This document shows, piece by piece, positions 1 to 9,101 of a DNA stretch of 32,000 nt. Below the pieces are notes generated by a model that did no database searches, had not been told where the DNA came from, and saw only the letters and a list, made by a program, of their open reading frames with translations. Position 1 is the first letter of the stretch; each line of letters opens with the position of its first letter. A program made the position numbers and the translations under genes. Source of the stretch: Vibrio cholerae ATCC 14035 (GTDB taxonomy: Bacteria > Pseudomonadota > Gammaproteobacteria > Enterobacterales > Vibrionaceae); assembly GCF_000621645.1 (NCBI RefSeq), contig NZ_JHXR01000018.1, positions 63,493 through 95,492 of the forward strand. The letters run 5' to 3'.

Positions 1-17
1 AAAACAAGCAATTGGCT

Positions 18-45
18 TTGCAATTCTCATTGCACTGGATATACT
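18..45 (+). promoter_or_regulatory. Candidate sigma70 promoter of lexA (-35 TTGCAA 18-23, 16-nt spacer, -10 TATACT 40-45)
   Basis: Hexamers read directly from the sequence. The -10 lies inside SOS box 1, as expected for an autoregulated lexA. Confidence 0.5.
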
Positions 46-50
46 CACAG
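35..50 (+). promoter_or_regulatory. LexA operator (SOS box) 1, CTGG-N8-ACAG
   Basis: CTGGATATACTCACAG fits CTGT-N8-ACAG with one half-site change (T to G). It overlaps the putative -10. Confidence 0.7.
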
Positions 51-54
51 TCAA

Positions 55-70
55 CTGTATAAAAAGACAG
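55..70 (+). promoter_or_regulatory. LexA operator (SOS box) 2, CTGT-N8-ACAG
   Basis: CTGTATAAAAAGACAG matches the gammaproteobacterial CTGT-N8-ACAG consensus with an AT-rich spacer. It ends 7 nt upstream of the lexA ATG. Confidence 0.85.
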
Positions 71-77
71 GTGACTC

Positions 78-707
78 ATGAAGCCGTTAACCCCTCGCCA
101 ACAAGAAGTGTTTGATCTGATCAAAAGTAAGATCGATGAAACCGGAATGCCCCCAACCCGCGCCGAAATTGCTAAAGAGCTGGGTTTTCGTTCGGCCAAT
201 GCGGCTGAAGAACACCTCAAAGCACTGGCTCGTAAACAAGTGATTGAAATGGTGCCCGGAGCCTCACGCGGGATCCGCATCCTCGTCGATAACGCCGCAA
301 ACGAAGAAGAAGCCGAAACTGGCTTGCCTTTGATTGGCCGCGTTGCCGCGGGTGAACCGATTCTTGCTCAAGAGCATGTGGAAGCACACTACCAAGTCGA
401 TCCAAGCATGTTCCGCCCGCAAGCCGATTTTCTGCTGCGTGTACATGGCGAAAGTATGAAGAACATCGGCATCCTCGATGGTGACTTACTTGCTGTGCAC
501 AAAACACAAGATGTACGCAACGGCCAAGTCGTGGTGGCGCGCGTAGAAGATGACGTCACGGTGAAACGTCTGGAACGCAAAGGTTCCAAAGTTTTCCTGC
601 ATGCGGAAAATGAAGAGTTTGCGCCAATCGAAGTCGATTTAGCCGCGCAATCGCTCACCATTGAAGGCATTGCAGTCGGCGTCATTCGCAACAGCACTTG
701 GATGTAA
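78..707 (+). CDS. lexA: LexA repressor / SOS autopeptidase
   Basis: 209 aa, collinear with E. coli LexA. It has the N-terminal wHTH ([15 protein letters not shown]...[11 protein letters not shown]), the Ala-Gly cleavage site (VAAGEP), the catalytic Ser (GESM) and Lys (VKRL), and tandem SOS boxes upstream. Confidence 0.98.
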
Positions 708-710
708 GGA

Positions 711-733
711 TTGTTGAGATAAATTCTCAACAA
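711..733 (+). terminator. Stem-loop just after the lexA stop (possible weak terminator or attenuator)
   Basis: TTGTTGAGA-TAAAT-TCTCAACAA forms a perfect 9-bp stem. It is followed by the only moderately T-rich CTTGCCTTCTTATTTG. Confidence 0.35.
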
Positions 734-760
734 CTTGCCTTCTTATTTGAGATTCATTAT

Positions 761-788
761 CATCTTCCTATCCCAGCATAGGAAGATG
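761..788 (+). promoter_or_regulatory. RNA hairpin enclosing the SD and ATG of the downstream methyltransferase ORF
   Basis: CATCTTCCTAT-CCCAGC-ATAGGAAGATG gives 11 consecutive Watson-Crick pairs. The 3' arm contains AGGAAG (SD-like) and the ATG at 786. No T-run follows, so it is not a terminator. Confidence 0.4.
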
Positions 789-1604
789 AGCATGCGCCAC
801 TCAGATTCACCCACCTCAGACCCATACCAAGTTCCTGCGAATTTGGTTCAGCCACTTTGGCTGCGCAGCCGAGAAAGCTTGGTCGATAATGGCTTGGTGT
901 ATGATCCGATTGCCGCCAATGCTTGTCGTCGTTGCGCTTTAGCGCAAGACTGCCTGACGGGCGATATCGCTCAAAAGCAGTTACTGCATGTCACGCTAAC
1001 TCAGCTTTGTGACCAACAAGTTCGCCACTTTCTTGATACTCATCCTGATGGCTGGATCATTAATGTCGGTGCAGGCCTCGACACCCGTTTTTATCGAGTA
1101 GATAACGGCCGCTGCCACTGGATTGAGTGGGATATCACTGAAAACCTGTTATGGCGTGAGAAGCTATTTCACCGTAGTGAGCGCTATCAACTGGTGTGTG
1201 GTGATGTGATGCAACCACAAGGACTTGCCGAACTGCCGATCCCTGAATTCGCTCCTGTGCTGTTGGTCTGTGAACATGCCTTGCTCGATTGCGATGCTCA
1301 GCAAGTGGCGCGTTTCGTGCGCTCTATCGGATTGCATTTTGCCAAAGCCAGCGCCTGCCTTGTGGTGGCGGGAGATAAAACCTCTAGCTATCTAGGCCAA
1401 AAACTGGGCTGTGAAGCTTATGCCCACGGGTTTACCTGCGCAGGTGATGCCATCATCAATTGCTTGCCGTGGGCGAAATCGGTACGCACATTTTCCCCAC
1501 TGGATCGCCATTGTGATCGCTGGAAATTTTGGCAACGCGCGATTGCACGCTCCGGCATTTACAAAACACGCTTAACCCCTGTTGTTGTTAACCTAGATTG
1601 GTAA
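786..1604 (+). CDS. Class I SAM-dependent methyltransferase, leucine carboxyl methyltransferase (LCM/TcmP-like) family
   Basis: The VGAGLDTRFYR motif and the N-terminal LWLRSRESL...YDPIA pattern are typical of the LCM family. The track ORF opens at TTG 735 with no SD, so ATG 786 or ATG 792 (6 nt after AGGAAG) is more likely. Confidence 0.75.
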   Translation: MSMRHSDSPTSDPYQVPANLVQPLWLRSRESLVDNGLVYDPIAANACRRCALAQDCLTGDIAQKQLLHVTLTQLCDQQVRHFLDTHPDGWIINVGAGLDTRFYRVDNGRCHWIEWDITENLLWREKLFHRSERYQLVCGDVMQPQGLAELPIPEFAPVLLVCEHALLDCDAQQVARFVRSIGLHFAKASACLVVAGDKTSSYLGQKLGCEAYAHGFTCAGDAIINCLPWAKSVRTFSPLDRHCDRWKFWQRAIARSGIYKTRLTPVVVNLDW

Positions 1605-1674
1605 CCCGCCATCTCGGTCATGTCATAGCCCAACCATCCCCACTCAGTTACACTAACCACAAGTCGTTACTGAG

Positions 1675-3039
1675 GTGTTCTGTGTGTCACTGATTTTGCA
1701 AACGTTGAAACAACCAAATGTGCATCGCCAAGTGCTGGCGATCGCGCTGCCTATGGTGCTGTCTAACATTACCGTTCCACTGCTCGGCTTGGTCGATGCT
1801 GCGGTGATCGGTCATCTCGAACACGCTTGGTATTTAGGCGGCGTGGCACTCGGCAGCACTATGATTAGCGTGACATTCTGGCTGCTCGGCTTTTTACGCA
1901 TGTCGACCACAGGCTTGACCGCCCAAGCGCACGGTGCGCAAAATTCACAGCAGCTTGCTCGAGTTTTACTGCAAGGCAGCGTCATTGCACTGGGTTTAGC
2001 CGCACTGTTTTTACTGTTTCATCGCCCTGTCGCCGAACTGATTTTTCACTTCAGCGATGCCAGCAGCGAAGTCAAAACCTACGCTGAAACATATTTCTAC
2101 CTTCGTGCTTGGAGTGCTCCAGCCGCACTCCTTAACTTTGTGCTATTGGGCTGGTTACTCGGTACGCAAAATGCCCGCGCCCCGATGTGGATGGTGATCA
2201 TTACCAACCTGACCAATATTGTGCTCGATCTACTGTTGGTACTCGGGCTTGGGCTGAAAGTCGAAGGAGCCGCCATTGCGTCGGTTATCGCCGATTATGC
2301 TGGTCTCTTGTTTGGCCTCCTGTGCGTGGCGCGTTACTGGCGGCAGCATCAGCTCCCAGCCCCTTTCTCTTTCATCCCCTCTCTCAGCAAAGAGCTTTCC
2401 CGTTTAGTGGCGCTCAATCGTGACATCTTCCTCCGCTCACTCTGCCTGCAAGCCGTATTTAGCTTTATGACCTTTCAAGGCACAGCGTTAGGAGATGACA
2501 TCGTCGCTGCTAATGCGGTGCTGATGAGCTTTTTGATGATGATTTCCTATGGCATGGATGGATTTGCCTACGCGATGGAAGCCATGGTCGGTAAAGCAAT
2601 TGGTGCCAAGGATGATCGCCAACTGCGTACTGCCATGATTAGCAGTACCTTTTGGGCTACCATGATCTGTTTGCTGTTAAGCCTGATCTTCTTAGGTTTT
2701 GGATCGGATCTGATCCAGATGATCACTAACATTCCGAGCGTTCAAGCAACGGCGGAACATTATCTGCCTTGGCTGGTCGCCATGCCATTAATCGCCGTGT
2801 GGTGTTTTCTATTGGATGGTGTGTTTATCGGCGCGACCAAAGGCAAAGAGATGCGAAATAGCATGGCTGTTTCGGCCGTAGCGTTCTTTGCCATTTACGG
2901 GTTCATGACACACTACGGTAATCACGCTCTGTGGCTAGCCATGCTCAGCTTTATGGCACTGCGTGGTTTTACCTTAGGGGCTACCTTTTATACTCAATGG
3001 CGCGCGGGGACTTTTTTACCGGCTCGCTTTTCCATTTAA
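1675..3039 (+). CDS. dinF: MATE-family efflux transporter, DinF subfamily
   Basis: 454 aa, polytopic, and collinear with E. coli DinF (LALPMVLSNITVPLLGLVDAAVIGHL, FLRMSTTGLTAQA). It keeps the conserved position downstream of lexA. The start is ambiguous: GTG 1675, or in-frame GTG 1684 placed 8 nt after GAGG. Confidence 0.9.
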   Translation: MFCVSLILQTLKQPNVHRQVLAIALPMVLSNITVPLLGLVDAAVIGHLEHAWYLGGVALGSTMISVTFWLLGFLRMSTTGLTAQAHGAQNSQQLARVLLQGSVIALGLAALFLLFHRPVAELIFHFSDASSEVKTYAETYFYLRAWSAPAALLNFVLLGWLLGTQNARAPMWMVIITNLTNIVLDLLLVLGLGLKVEGAAIASVIADYAGLLFGLLCVARYWRQHQLPAPFSFIPSLSKELSRLVALNRDIFLRSLCLQAVFSFMTFQGTALGDDIVAANAVLMSFLMMISYGMDGFAYAMEAMVGKAIGAKDDRQLRTAMISSTFWATMICLLLSLIFLGFGSDLIQMITNIPSVQATAEHYLPWLVAMPLIAVWCFLLDGVFIGATKGKEMRNSMAVSAVAFFAIYGFMTHYGNHALWLAMLSFMALRGFTLGATFYTQWRAGTFLPARFSI

Positions 3040-3144
3040 ACCACCTCCGATCGTTTAAGTAGCAGCTGTTTAGATATCGCCATCCCGAAACATAGCAAAG
3101 CCCGCTGGCAGGTAAAACACCGAGCCAGCAGGCGCTTACCTCAA

Positions 3145-4146
3145 CTAATCAAAAGGCTGAGGCTTAGGTGTATTATCGTTGGATGGCGGTAAAATGGGTA
3201 AAGCAAAGCTTGGTTGCTCTCCTGTTAAGGTATGCAAGAAAGCCACTATCTTACCGTTTTCATCATCGGTAAATTTACGCCCTAGCTGTAAACGCCCCAT
3301 GATATCCACAGCGTCTTTAAGCGTGGCCGCTTCTCCGTCATGGAAGTAGGGATACGTTAACGCCACATTGCGCAGTGTCGGGACTTTAAATTTAAAGCGA
3401 TCGGCGTCAGCGCCGGTTACCGCACTGAGTCCTTCGACTTTATTGTTGGTTTGATACGGTTCAATCAAACCCATTTTTTGGAACGAATTGCCACCTAACG
3501 CACTGCCGTTATGACAAGCCACGCAGCCCGAGTTTTTAAACAATTCATAGCCTGCCAGCTCTTGAGCCGTTATCGCGCTATCATCCCCCATTAACCATTG
3601 GTCAAAACGTGAGTATGGGGTCACTAAGGTCTTTTCAAACTCCGCAATCGCTTCAGTCACTTGATCGATATCGAGGGTTGGCTTACCAAACACTAGACGA
3701 AACTCACTCACGTAAGCTGGGATTGATTGCAACACATCAATGGCTAACGTATGCGTAAAAGCCATTTCACCCGGATTGGCAATCGGCCCACCCGCCTGCT
3801 CTTTCAGATCGGCCGCTCGACCATCCCAAAATTGGGCGATATTCAAACTGGAATTGAGCACAGTCGGTGAGTTGATTGGACCTTGTTGCCAGTTATGACC
3901 GATGGACGTTTTTAAGTTATCACTGCCGCCCATGCTCAAGTTATGGCATGAGTTACACGAGATAAACCCTGACTTGGATAAGCGCGGATCAAAGTACAGT
4001 TTTTTACCCAACTCGGCTTTTCCAATGTGGATTTCCTGCGCAGGTAAAATGGGGGAAACAGGTTCGTTTCTTGGCGATGCCGCAAAAGCATACCCAGCGA
4101 GGGAGAGGGATATCGCTAAGCTCAGCGAGGTAAGAACGACTTTCAT
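3145..4146 (-). CDS. ccp: Periplasmic di-haem cytochrome c peroxidase
   Basis: Has a signal peptide (MKVVLTSLSLAISLSLAGYAFA), two CXXCH haem motifs (CNSCH, CVACH) and the CCP/MauG-type PTLRNVALTYPYFHDG segment. Confidence 0.93.
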   Translation of the reverse strand: MKVVLTSLSLAISLSLAGYAFAASPRNEPVSPILPAQEIHIGKAELGKKLYFDPRLSKSGFISCNSCHNLSMGGSDNLKTSIGHNWQQGPINSPTVLNSSLNIAQFWDGRAADLKEQAGGPIANPGEMAFTHTLAIDVLQSIPAYVSEFRLVFGKPTLDIDQVTEAIAEFEKTLVTPYSRFDQWLMGDDSAITAQELAGYELFKNSGCVACHNGSALGGNSFQKMGLIEPYQTNNKVEGLSAVTGADADRFKFKVPTLRNVALTYPYFHDGEAATLKDAVDIMGRLQLGRKFTDDENGKIVAFLHTLTGEQPSFALPILPPSNDNTPKPQPFD

Positions 4147-4324
4147 AATGGCTTCCTTGTTTTATGTTATTGGTTTTATTGTGGCTTTACGTTGCTGACA
4201 TGTGTTACGGCTCCTGATGTGCAACTGAATCTATGCTCTAAGCGTTTACGAATCGCTTTAAATTAGAGCCTGCTTATATGAATAGTAGAAATTCGCCGCG
4301 GTGCGAACACTAACCAAGATAGAT

Positions 4325-4338
4325 TTGCTTTAAATCAA
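4325..4338. promoter_or_regulatory. FNR/CRP-family-like palindrome upstream of ccp
   Basis: TTGCT-TTAA-ATCAA differs from the FNR consensus TTGAT-N4-ATCAA at one position. It lies about 185 nt upstream of the ccp start, and no convincing -10 sits at class II spacing. Confidence 0.3.
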
Positions 4339-4391
4339 AGATGGCGATGACAACATCATCAAAAAGCGAAGTCGGTCAAACTTTGTGCTGA

Positions 4392-4426
4392 TCCAAAAAC
4401 AAAGGGCACCGATAAGGTGCCCTTCT
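4392..4426 (-). terminator. Rho-independent terminator of the tat operon
   Basis: On the minus strand, AAGGGCACC-TTAT-CGGTGCCCTT is followed by TGTTTTTGG, about 30 nt after the tatC stop. Confidence 0.8.
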
Positions 4427-4457
4427 TGACTTTACGCAGCGCTCAAAGCACGGCTCT

Positions 4458-5210
4458 TTATTCTTCTTCCTCTTGTCCTTCATCGGCTTCATCACGGGTA
4501 TAAAAACGAGCGAAGAACAAACCAACTTCAAACAACAAGCACATAGGTATGGCGAGTAGCGTTTGCGAAATCATATCCGGCGGCGTCAGTAACATACCAA
4601 CTACAAACGCACCAACGATAATGTATGGACGCTTTTCCGATAGGCTTTTAGGCGTGGTTGCGCCCGTCCAGCACAGCAGAATGATCGCAACTGGCACTTC
4701 AAACGCGATACCAAAGGCTAGAAACAGCGCCAATACAAAATCGAGATAACTCGCGATATCGGTCGCGAACTCCACACCACCGAGTGAAATGGCGGTGAAA
4801 AATCCAAACACCAGCGGAAACACCACAAAATAGGCAAACGCGACACCGCAGTAAAACAGCAGCGAGCTAGAGACCAGCAGTGGGAAGATTAAACGCCGTT
4901 CGTGCTTATATAAACCGGGAGCCACAAAAGCCCACACCTGATACAAAATGAAAGGCACCGCGAGAAACACCGCGGCAATCAACGTCAGTTTTAAAGGCGT
5001 GAAAAAGGGTGAAGCCACATCGGTCGCAATCATGGTTGCGCCCGCGGGAAGTCGCTCGACTAGGGGTTTTGAGACAAACTCGTAAATTTCATTCGAGAAA
5101 TAGATCAAGCCAATAAATATCACCACCACAGCCGCCACCGCTTTGAGTAGGCGATTACGCAGTTCCAACAAATGGCTGATCAAAGGTTGGGTCTGTTCAA
5201 CGGAAGACAT
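4458..5210 (-). CDS. tatC: Twin-arginine translocase subunit TatC
   Basis: 250 aa with six predicted TM segments. The N-terminus ([15 protein letters not shown]) and overall sequence are collinear with E. coli TatC, and it sits in the tatABC context. Confidence 0.97.
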   Translation of the reverse strand: MSSVEQTQPLISHLLELRNRLLKAVAAVVVIFIGLIYFSNEIYEFVSKPLVERLPAGATMIATDVASPFFTPLKLTLIAAVFLAVPFILYQVWAFVAPGLYKHERRLIFPLLVSSSLLFYCGVAFAYFVVFPLVFGFFTAISLGGVEFATDIASYLDFVLALFLAFGIAFEVPVAIILLCWTGATTPKSLSEKRPYIIVGAFVVGMLLTPPDMISQTLLAIPMCLLFEVGLFFARFYTRDEADEGQEEEE

Positions 5211-5235
5211 GCAAACCTCATGTAACAGATCAAAA

Positions 5236-5275
5236 AAGAGTTATCACATCAGTACTGAAACCTAGGATAACTCTT
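5236..5275. repeat. 10-bp perfect inverted repeat in the tatB-tatC spacer
   Basis: AAGAGTTATC (5236-5245) pairs with GATAACTCTT (5266-5275) across a 20-nt loop, within an 88-bp intergenic gap. Confidence 0.5.
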
Positions 5276-5298
5276 GATAAAGAGAGCTTAAAAAACGC

Positions 5299-5700
5299 TT
5301 ATTCGGCCTTTTTTTCCGCCGGTTGCGACGCGCTATCGAGGCGAACATCGGGCTCTGTAGCCGAACTGGGGTTGCTACTGGTAGAGCTAGCTTCACTGCT
5401 CGGCGTTGCGGCGTAAGGACGCTGCACTTCCTGCGCGGCTTGCTTGAGTGATTCCACCGATTTTTGCAGTTCAGGAGATAAATTTTGCATCCCCATCTGC
5501 TCGGCTTTGCGCAGGTTTTCTTGCAACTCCTGCACTTTCAACTCATGCGCTAACTCATCCTTCACGCTATTGGCCATGCTTTTCGCTGCAGAGACAAACT
5601 TTGCCACGCTGCGAATCGCATGGGGTAATCGCTCAGGGCCAAGCACCACCAGCGCCACAATAGCGATCAATACCAGTTCCCAAAAACCGATATCAAACAC
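5299..5700 (-). CDS. tatB: Twin-arginine translocase subunit TatB
   Basis: [26 protein letters not shown] is the TatA/B-type N-terminal TM and hinge, followed by an amphipathic helix and an acidic Ser-rich tail. It begins 3 nt after tatA. Confidence 0.95.
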   Translation of the reverse strand: MFDIGFWELVLIAIVALVVLGPERLPHAIRSVAKFVSAAKSMANSVKDELAHELKVQELQENLRKAEQMGMQNLSPELQKSVESLKQAAQEVQRPYAATPSSEASSTSSNPSSATEPDVRLDSASQPAEKKAE

Positions 5701-5703
5701 GAC

Positions 5704-5952
5704 TTATGCCTGCTCTTTGTCTTTTTTCACTTCAGCAGACGCATTGGTTTTGGCCTGCTCAAGATTTTTGGTTTCGAAGTCAGCATCTTTCTGATTTGCT
5801 GCGCTGTTTGACTCTTCTTCCGACATGGCTTTCTTAAAGCCTTTGACCGCGCTGCCCAAATCACTGCCAATACCACGCAGTTTCTTAGTGCCAAACAGCA
5901 ATACCACGATCACTGCAATGATAAGAAGTTGCCAAATACTGATACCACCCAT
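5704..5952 (-). CDS. tatA: Twin-arginine translocase subunit TatA
   Basis: 82 aa. [33 protein letters not shown] matches the canonical TatA N-terminus. Confidence 0.95.
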   Translation of the reverse strand: MGGISIWQLLIIAVIVVLLFGTKKLRGIGSDLGSAVKGFKKAMSEEESNSAANQKDADFETKNLEQAKTNASAEVKKDKEQA

Positions 5953-6011
5953 CTCTTTTACCTCGGGTTATGTGTGAACAAATCTTCGAACTTATCGACG
6001 CGACAAGGCGC

Positions 6012-7646
6012 TTACTGGCGATAAGCTCGCCAACTCAATAGCCAACATAACACGCCAATGGTCGCGCTACCGATCGCTAAAGGTTCTAATTGGTTGGAGA
6101 TCCATATCGCCGAGCATACGACTAATGTGGCTCCAACACCAAACAAAAACTTTCCCGTCCCTTGTTGGCGTTTGGATTGGCGATAACCTTGATAAAGATT
6201 ATCTAAACGCTGATTCAAGTTACGACCTTGCTTTAAGCTGTCATACAACAATTCTGGCAGCTCAGGCATTTTTTCAAACCATAAGGGCGCACGCTCTTTC
6301 AATGCATGCAAGAAAGCTTGTGGCCCCACTTGGTTAGCCATCCACTTTTCTAAAAACGGTTTGGCGGTTTGCCATAAATCGAGTTGTGGGTAGAGCTGAC
6401 GCCCCAAGCCTTCGACATACAGCAGTGTTTTTTGCAGCAAAACTAACTGCGGCTGCACTTCCATATTGAAGCGTCGCGCGGTGTTAAACAGATTCAGTAA
6501 CACGTGACCAAATGAAATCTCACACAGCGGTTTGGCGAAAATCGGCTCACACACCATGCGGATCGCCACTTCAAACTCATCAACATTGGTATCCAGTGGT
6601 ACCCAACCGGAATCGACGTGCAGTTGCGCTACGCGGCGATAGTCACGATTGAAGAAGGCGAGGAAGTTTTCGGCCAGATAGCGCTTATCTTCGCTATTCA
6701 GTGTCCCGACTATGCCGCAGTCCAAACCAATCCATTGCGGGTTTTCAGGATGGTTAGGATTGACGAACACGTTACCCGGATGCATATCCGCATGGAAGAA
6801 ACTGTCGCGAAACACTTGGGTGAAAAACACACTCACGCCACGTTCCGCCAGTAACTTCATATTGGTACCGTTGGCATGAAGTCCTGCCAAGTCAGAAACT
6901 TGGATGCCGTATATTCGCTCAGAAACCATGACAGTTTCATTACAGAAATCAGTTAACACCTCAGGGACATACAACTCTTCGCTGTTTTCGAAGTTGCGGC
7001 GCAGCTGAATCGCATTGGCCGCTTCACGGCGCAGGTCCAACTCATCGAGCAAGGTTTTCTCGTATTCGCGTACCACTTCCACCGGTTTTAAGCGGCGTGC
7101 TTCCGGCAGCGCTTTAGCCACAATGCGTGCCACGCGATACATCAGCTTGATGTCGGCATCAATCTGCGGACGAATATCCGGACGAATCACTTTCAGCACC
7201 ACATCACGACCATTACTCTTGAGCTTGGCGGTGTGTACTTGGGCTATCGACGCGGAAGCTAATGGTTTGATATCAAAGTCATCGAACCAAGTTTCCAGCG
7301 GTGCACCGAGTTCTTCTTCAATCAATTGCTTGGCTTGTAGGCCATCAAACGGCGCAACTTTATCTTGCAACATAGCCAAGGGATCGGCGATGTACGGCGG
7401 AAATAGGTCACGGCGAGTCGACATCATCTGCCCAAACTTGATCCACACCGGGCCAAGTTCTTGCAGTGCCAAACGTAAACGATCGCCTAACGCTTTATCG
7501 GCGTGTTGATTGCGCAGCCAAAAAAGAGATTTACGCGCCAGTAGCGGCGCTCGGGTCAGATGATGCTCTGGCAACAGCTCATCTAAGCCATATTCGAGTT
7601 GAACTTTAACTATCCGGTATAAACGTTTCAGCTCTGCAGGTTTCAT
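6012..7646 (-). CDS. ubiB: Ubiquinone biosynthesis protein UbiB (ABC1/ADCK atypical kinase family)
   Basis: 544 aa, collinear with E. coli UbiB ([35 protein letters not shown]), with C-terminal TM segments and ubiE-ubiJ-ubiB-tatABC synteny. Confidence 0.96.
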   Translation of the reverse strand: MKPAELKRLYRIVKVQLEYGLDELLPEHHLTRAPLLARKSLFWLRNQHADKALGDRLRLALQELGPVWIKFGQMMSTRRDLFPPYIADPLAMLQDKVAPFDGLQAKQLIEEELGAPLETWFDDFDIKPLASASIAQVHTAKLKSNGRDVVLKVIRPDIRPQIDADIKLMYRVARIVAKALPEARRLKPVEVVREYEKTLLDELDLRREAANAIQLRRNFENSEELYVPEVLTDFCNETVMVSERIYGIQVSDLAGLHANGTNMKLLAERGVSVFFTQVFRDSFFHADMHPGNVFVNPNHPENPQWIGLDCGIVGTLNSEDKRYLAENFLAFFNRDYRRVAQLHVDSGWVPLDTNVDEFEVAIRMVCEPIFAKPLCEISFGHVLLNLFNTARRFNMEVQPQLVLLQKTLLYVEGLGRQLYPQLDLWQTAKPFLEKWMANQVGPQAFLHALKERAPLWFEKMPELPELLYDSLKQGRNLNQRLDNLYQGYRQSKRQQGTGKFLFGVGATLVVCSAIWISNQLEPLAIGSATIGVLCWLLSWRAYRQ

Positions 7647-8266
7647 GCTTTTTCCAGTAACTGGTTCAAACGCGCTTCTAAACGCGCAGCGTGACTTTTC
7701 ACGTCATCCACTTGATCGCAAAAATAGGCAATTTCCAACGGTGGCGGCGCAATCCGCCACTCTTCAGTGAGCACCTGTGCCAAGTGGTTTTGATGCTTAT
7801 GCGCTTGCTGTTTTAGCGCGCCGACGATGCTTTTCACACCATGCACGACACTGTGTGCCACCACATCACCCGTGATGCGCGATAACCACTCTTCCACATC
7901 CGGTTTGCAATCGGTCATCAGCTCGGAAAACTTCTGCGCCAGTTGGATATCGCCTTCCAGCTCTAGCTTATCTTGCTTGATCAACTGGGTAATATTGGCT
8001 TGCTCACGCAACTGAGGAAGAATCGAGAGGTTTAATGCCAGATAGCAATCCGGCTGGCCTTCAAAGCCGGTCATCACATCGATGCGCTGACTGAACACAA
8101 AGGTCAGGGATTGATTTAACTCTCGCAGATGCAGCGAAATCACTTTGCCTTTCAGGCGCAGCAGTTTGCGGCCTAACGCCGGATCATCGTTGATGAGCGT
8201 ATTGAGCGTGGTTTCAATCACCGCGGTCAGCAAAGGAGACAGTGGCATGGTTGCAAGCAATGACAT
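7643..8266 (-). CDS. ubiJ: Ubiquinone biosynthesis accessory factor UbiJ (SCP2 domain, YigP)
   Basis: 207 aa, alignable by eye to E. coli UbiJ over its whole length ([30 protein letters not shown]). It has a 4-nt overlap with ubiB. Confidence 0.88.
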   Translation of the reverse strand: MSLLATMPLSPLLTAVIETTLNTLINDDPALGRKLLRLKGKVISLHLRELNQSLTFVFSQRIDVMTGFEGQPDCYLALNLSILPQLREQANITQLIKQDKLELEGDIQLAQKFSELMTDCKPDVEEWLSRITGDVVAHSVVHGVKSIVGALKQQAHKHQNHLAQVLTEEWRIAPPPLEIAYFCDQVDDVKSHAARLEARLNQLLEKA

Positions 8267-8274
8267 AGCAGCCC

Positions 8275-9057
8275 TTAAAATTTGTAACCACGATGCAGCG
8301 CCACAATGCCGCCGGTCAGGTTGTAATAAGTGGTTTGTTCAAAACCCGCCTCTTCCATCATGCCTTTTAGAGTCTCTTGATCCGGATGCATGCGGATCGA
8401 CTCAGCAAGATAGCGATAGCTGTCTGCATCATTGGCAATCAGTTGCCCCATCTTAGGCAAAATATGGAACGAGTAAGTGTCATAAAGCTTAGACAGCGGC
8501 TCAAGGATCGGCTTAGAAAACTCCAGCACCAACAGGCGGCCGCCGGGTTTCAATACACGGAACATCGAACGCAGCGCTTTATCTTTGTCGGTCACGTTAC
8601 GCAGACAGAAACTGATGGTGATGCAGTCAAAATAGTTGTCTGGGAAAGGCAGTTCTTCGGCGTTGGCTTGCACGTAATGCACATTACCGACCACGCCGCT
8701 GTCGCGCAGTTTATCGCGGCCAACATTGAGCATAGAGTTATTGATATCGGCCAAAATCACATGGCCTTTCTCGCCCACAATACGCGAGAATTTCGCGGTT
8801 AAATCGCCTGTACCGCCGCCCAAATCGAGAATGCGTTGTCCCGGACGTGCGCCTGAACAATCGATGGTAAAGCGCTTCCATAAACGGTGGATACCGCCCG
8901 ACATCAGGTCATTCATGATGTCGTATTTGGCCGCAACCGAGTGAAACACTTGCGCGACTTTATGCACTTTTTCATCTTTACGTACGGTTTCAAACCCAAA
9001 GTGGGTCGTTTCCTGATTGTCTGTTGCAGAGTTTGCTAGCACGTTGGTGTCCGTCAT
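8275..9057 (-). CDS. ubiE: Demethylmenaquinone / 2-methoxy-6-polyprenyl-1,4-benzoquinol methyltransferase UbiE
   Basis: 260 aa with [24 protein letters not shown] and the SAM motif [10 protein letters not shown], collinear with E. coli UbiE. Confidence 0.97.
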
Positions 9058-9101
9058 TATTTTTCCTCTTTGGCCGTCATGACTGCGGCGACTGCGGGCG
9101 A

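Noticed and set aside
1605-1674. Searched for a dedicated SOS box in front of dinF, and in 708-790 in front of the methyltransferase.
   Set aside because: No CTGT-N8-ACAG or CTG-N10-CAG pattern is present. The nearest, CTGTGTGTCACTGATT, lacks the right half-site.
3100-3133. An imperfect hairpin (GCCCGCTGGC ... GCCAGCAGGC) between the convergent dinF and ccp genes, considered as a terminator.
   Set aside because: The stem has a mismatch or bulge and lacks a clear T-run on either strand. It is plausible but not supportable as a called feature.
7015-7509. A 164-aa plus-strand ORF antisense to ubiB. Similar antisense or alternate-frame ORFs occur at 8377-8802, 8145-8456, 16045-16386, 16080-16478, 3902-4198, 5444-5794, 12556-12873 and 20214-20522.
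   Set aside because: All lie wholly inside strongly supported genes and have Ser/Arg/Cys-rich low-complexity translations typical of shadow ORFs. None has an SD or a recognisable motif.
9058-9101. The tandem GACTGCGG-C-GACTGCGG in the rmuC-ubiE spacer, considered as a terminator or repeat element.
   Set aside because: Only two 8-nt copies are present, with no stable stem (4 bp at best) and no T-run.
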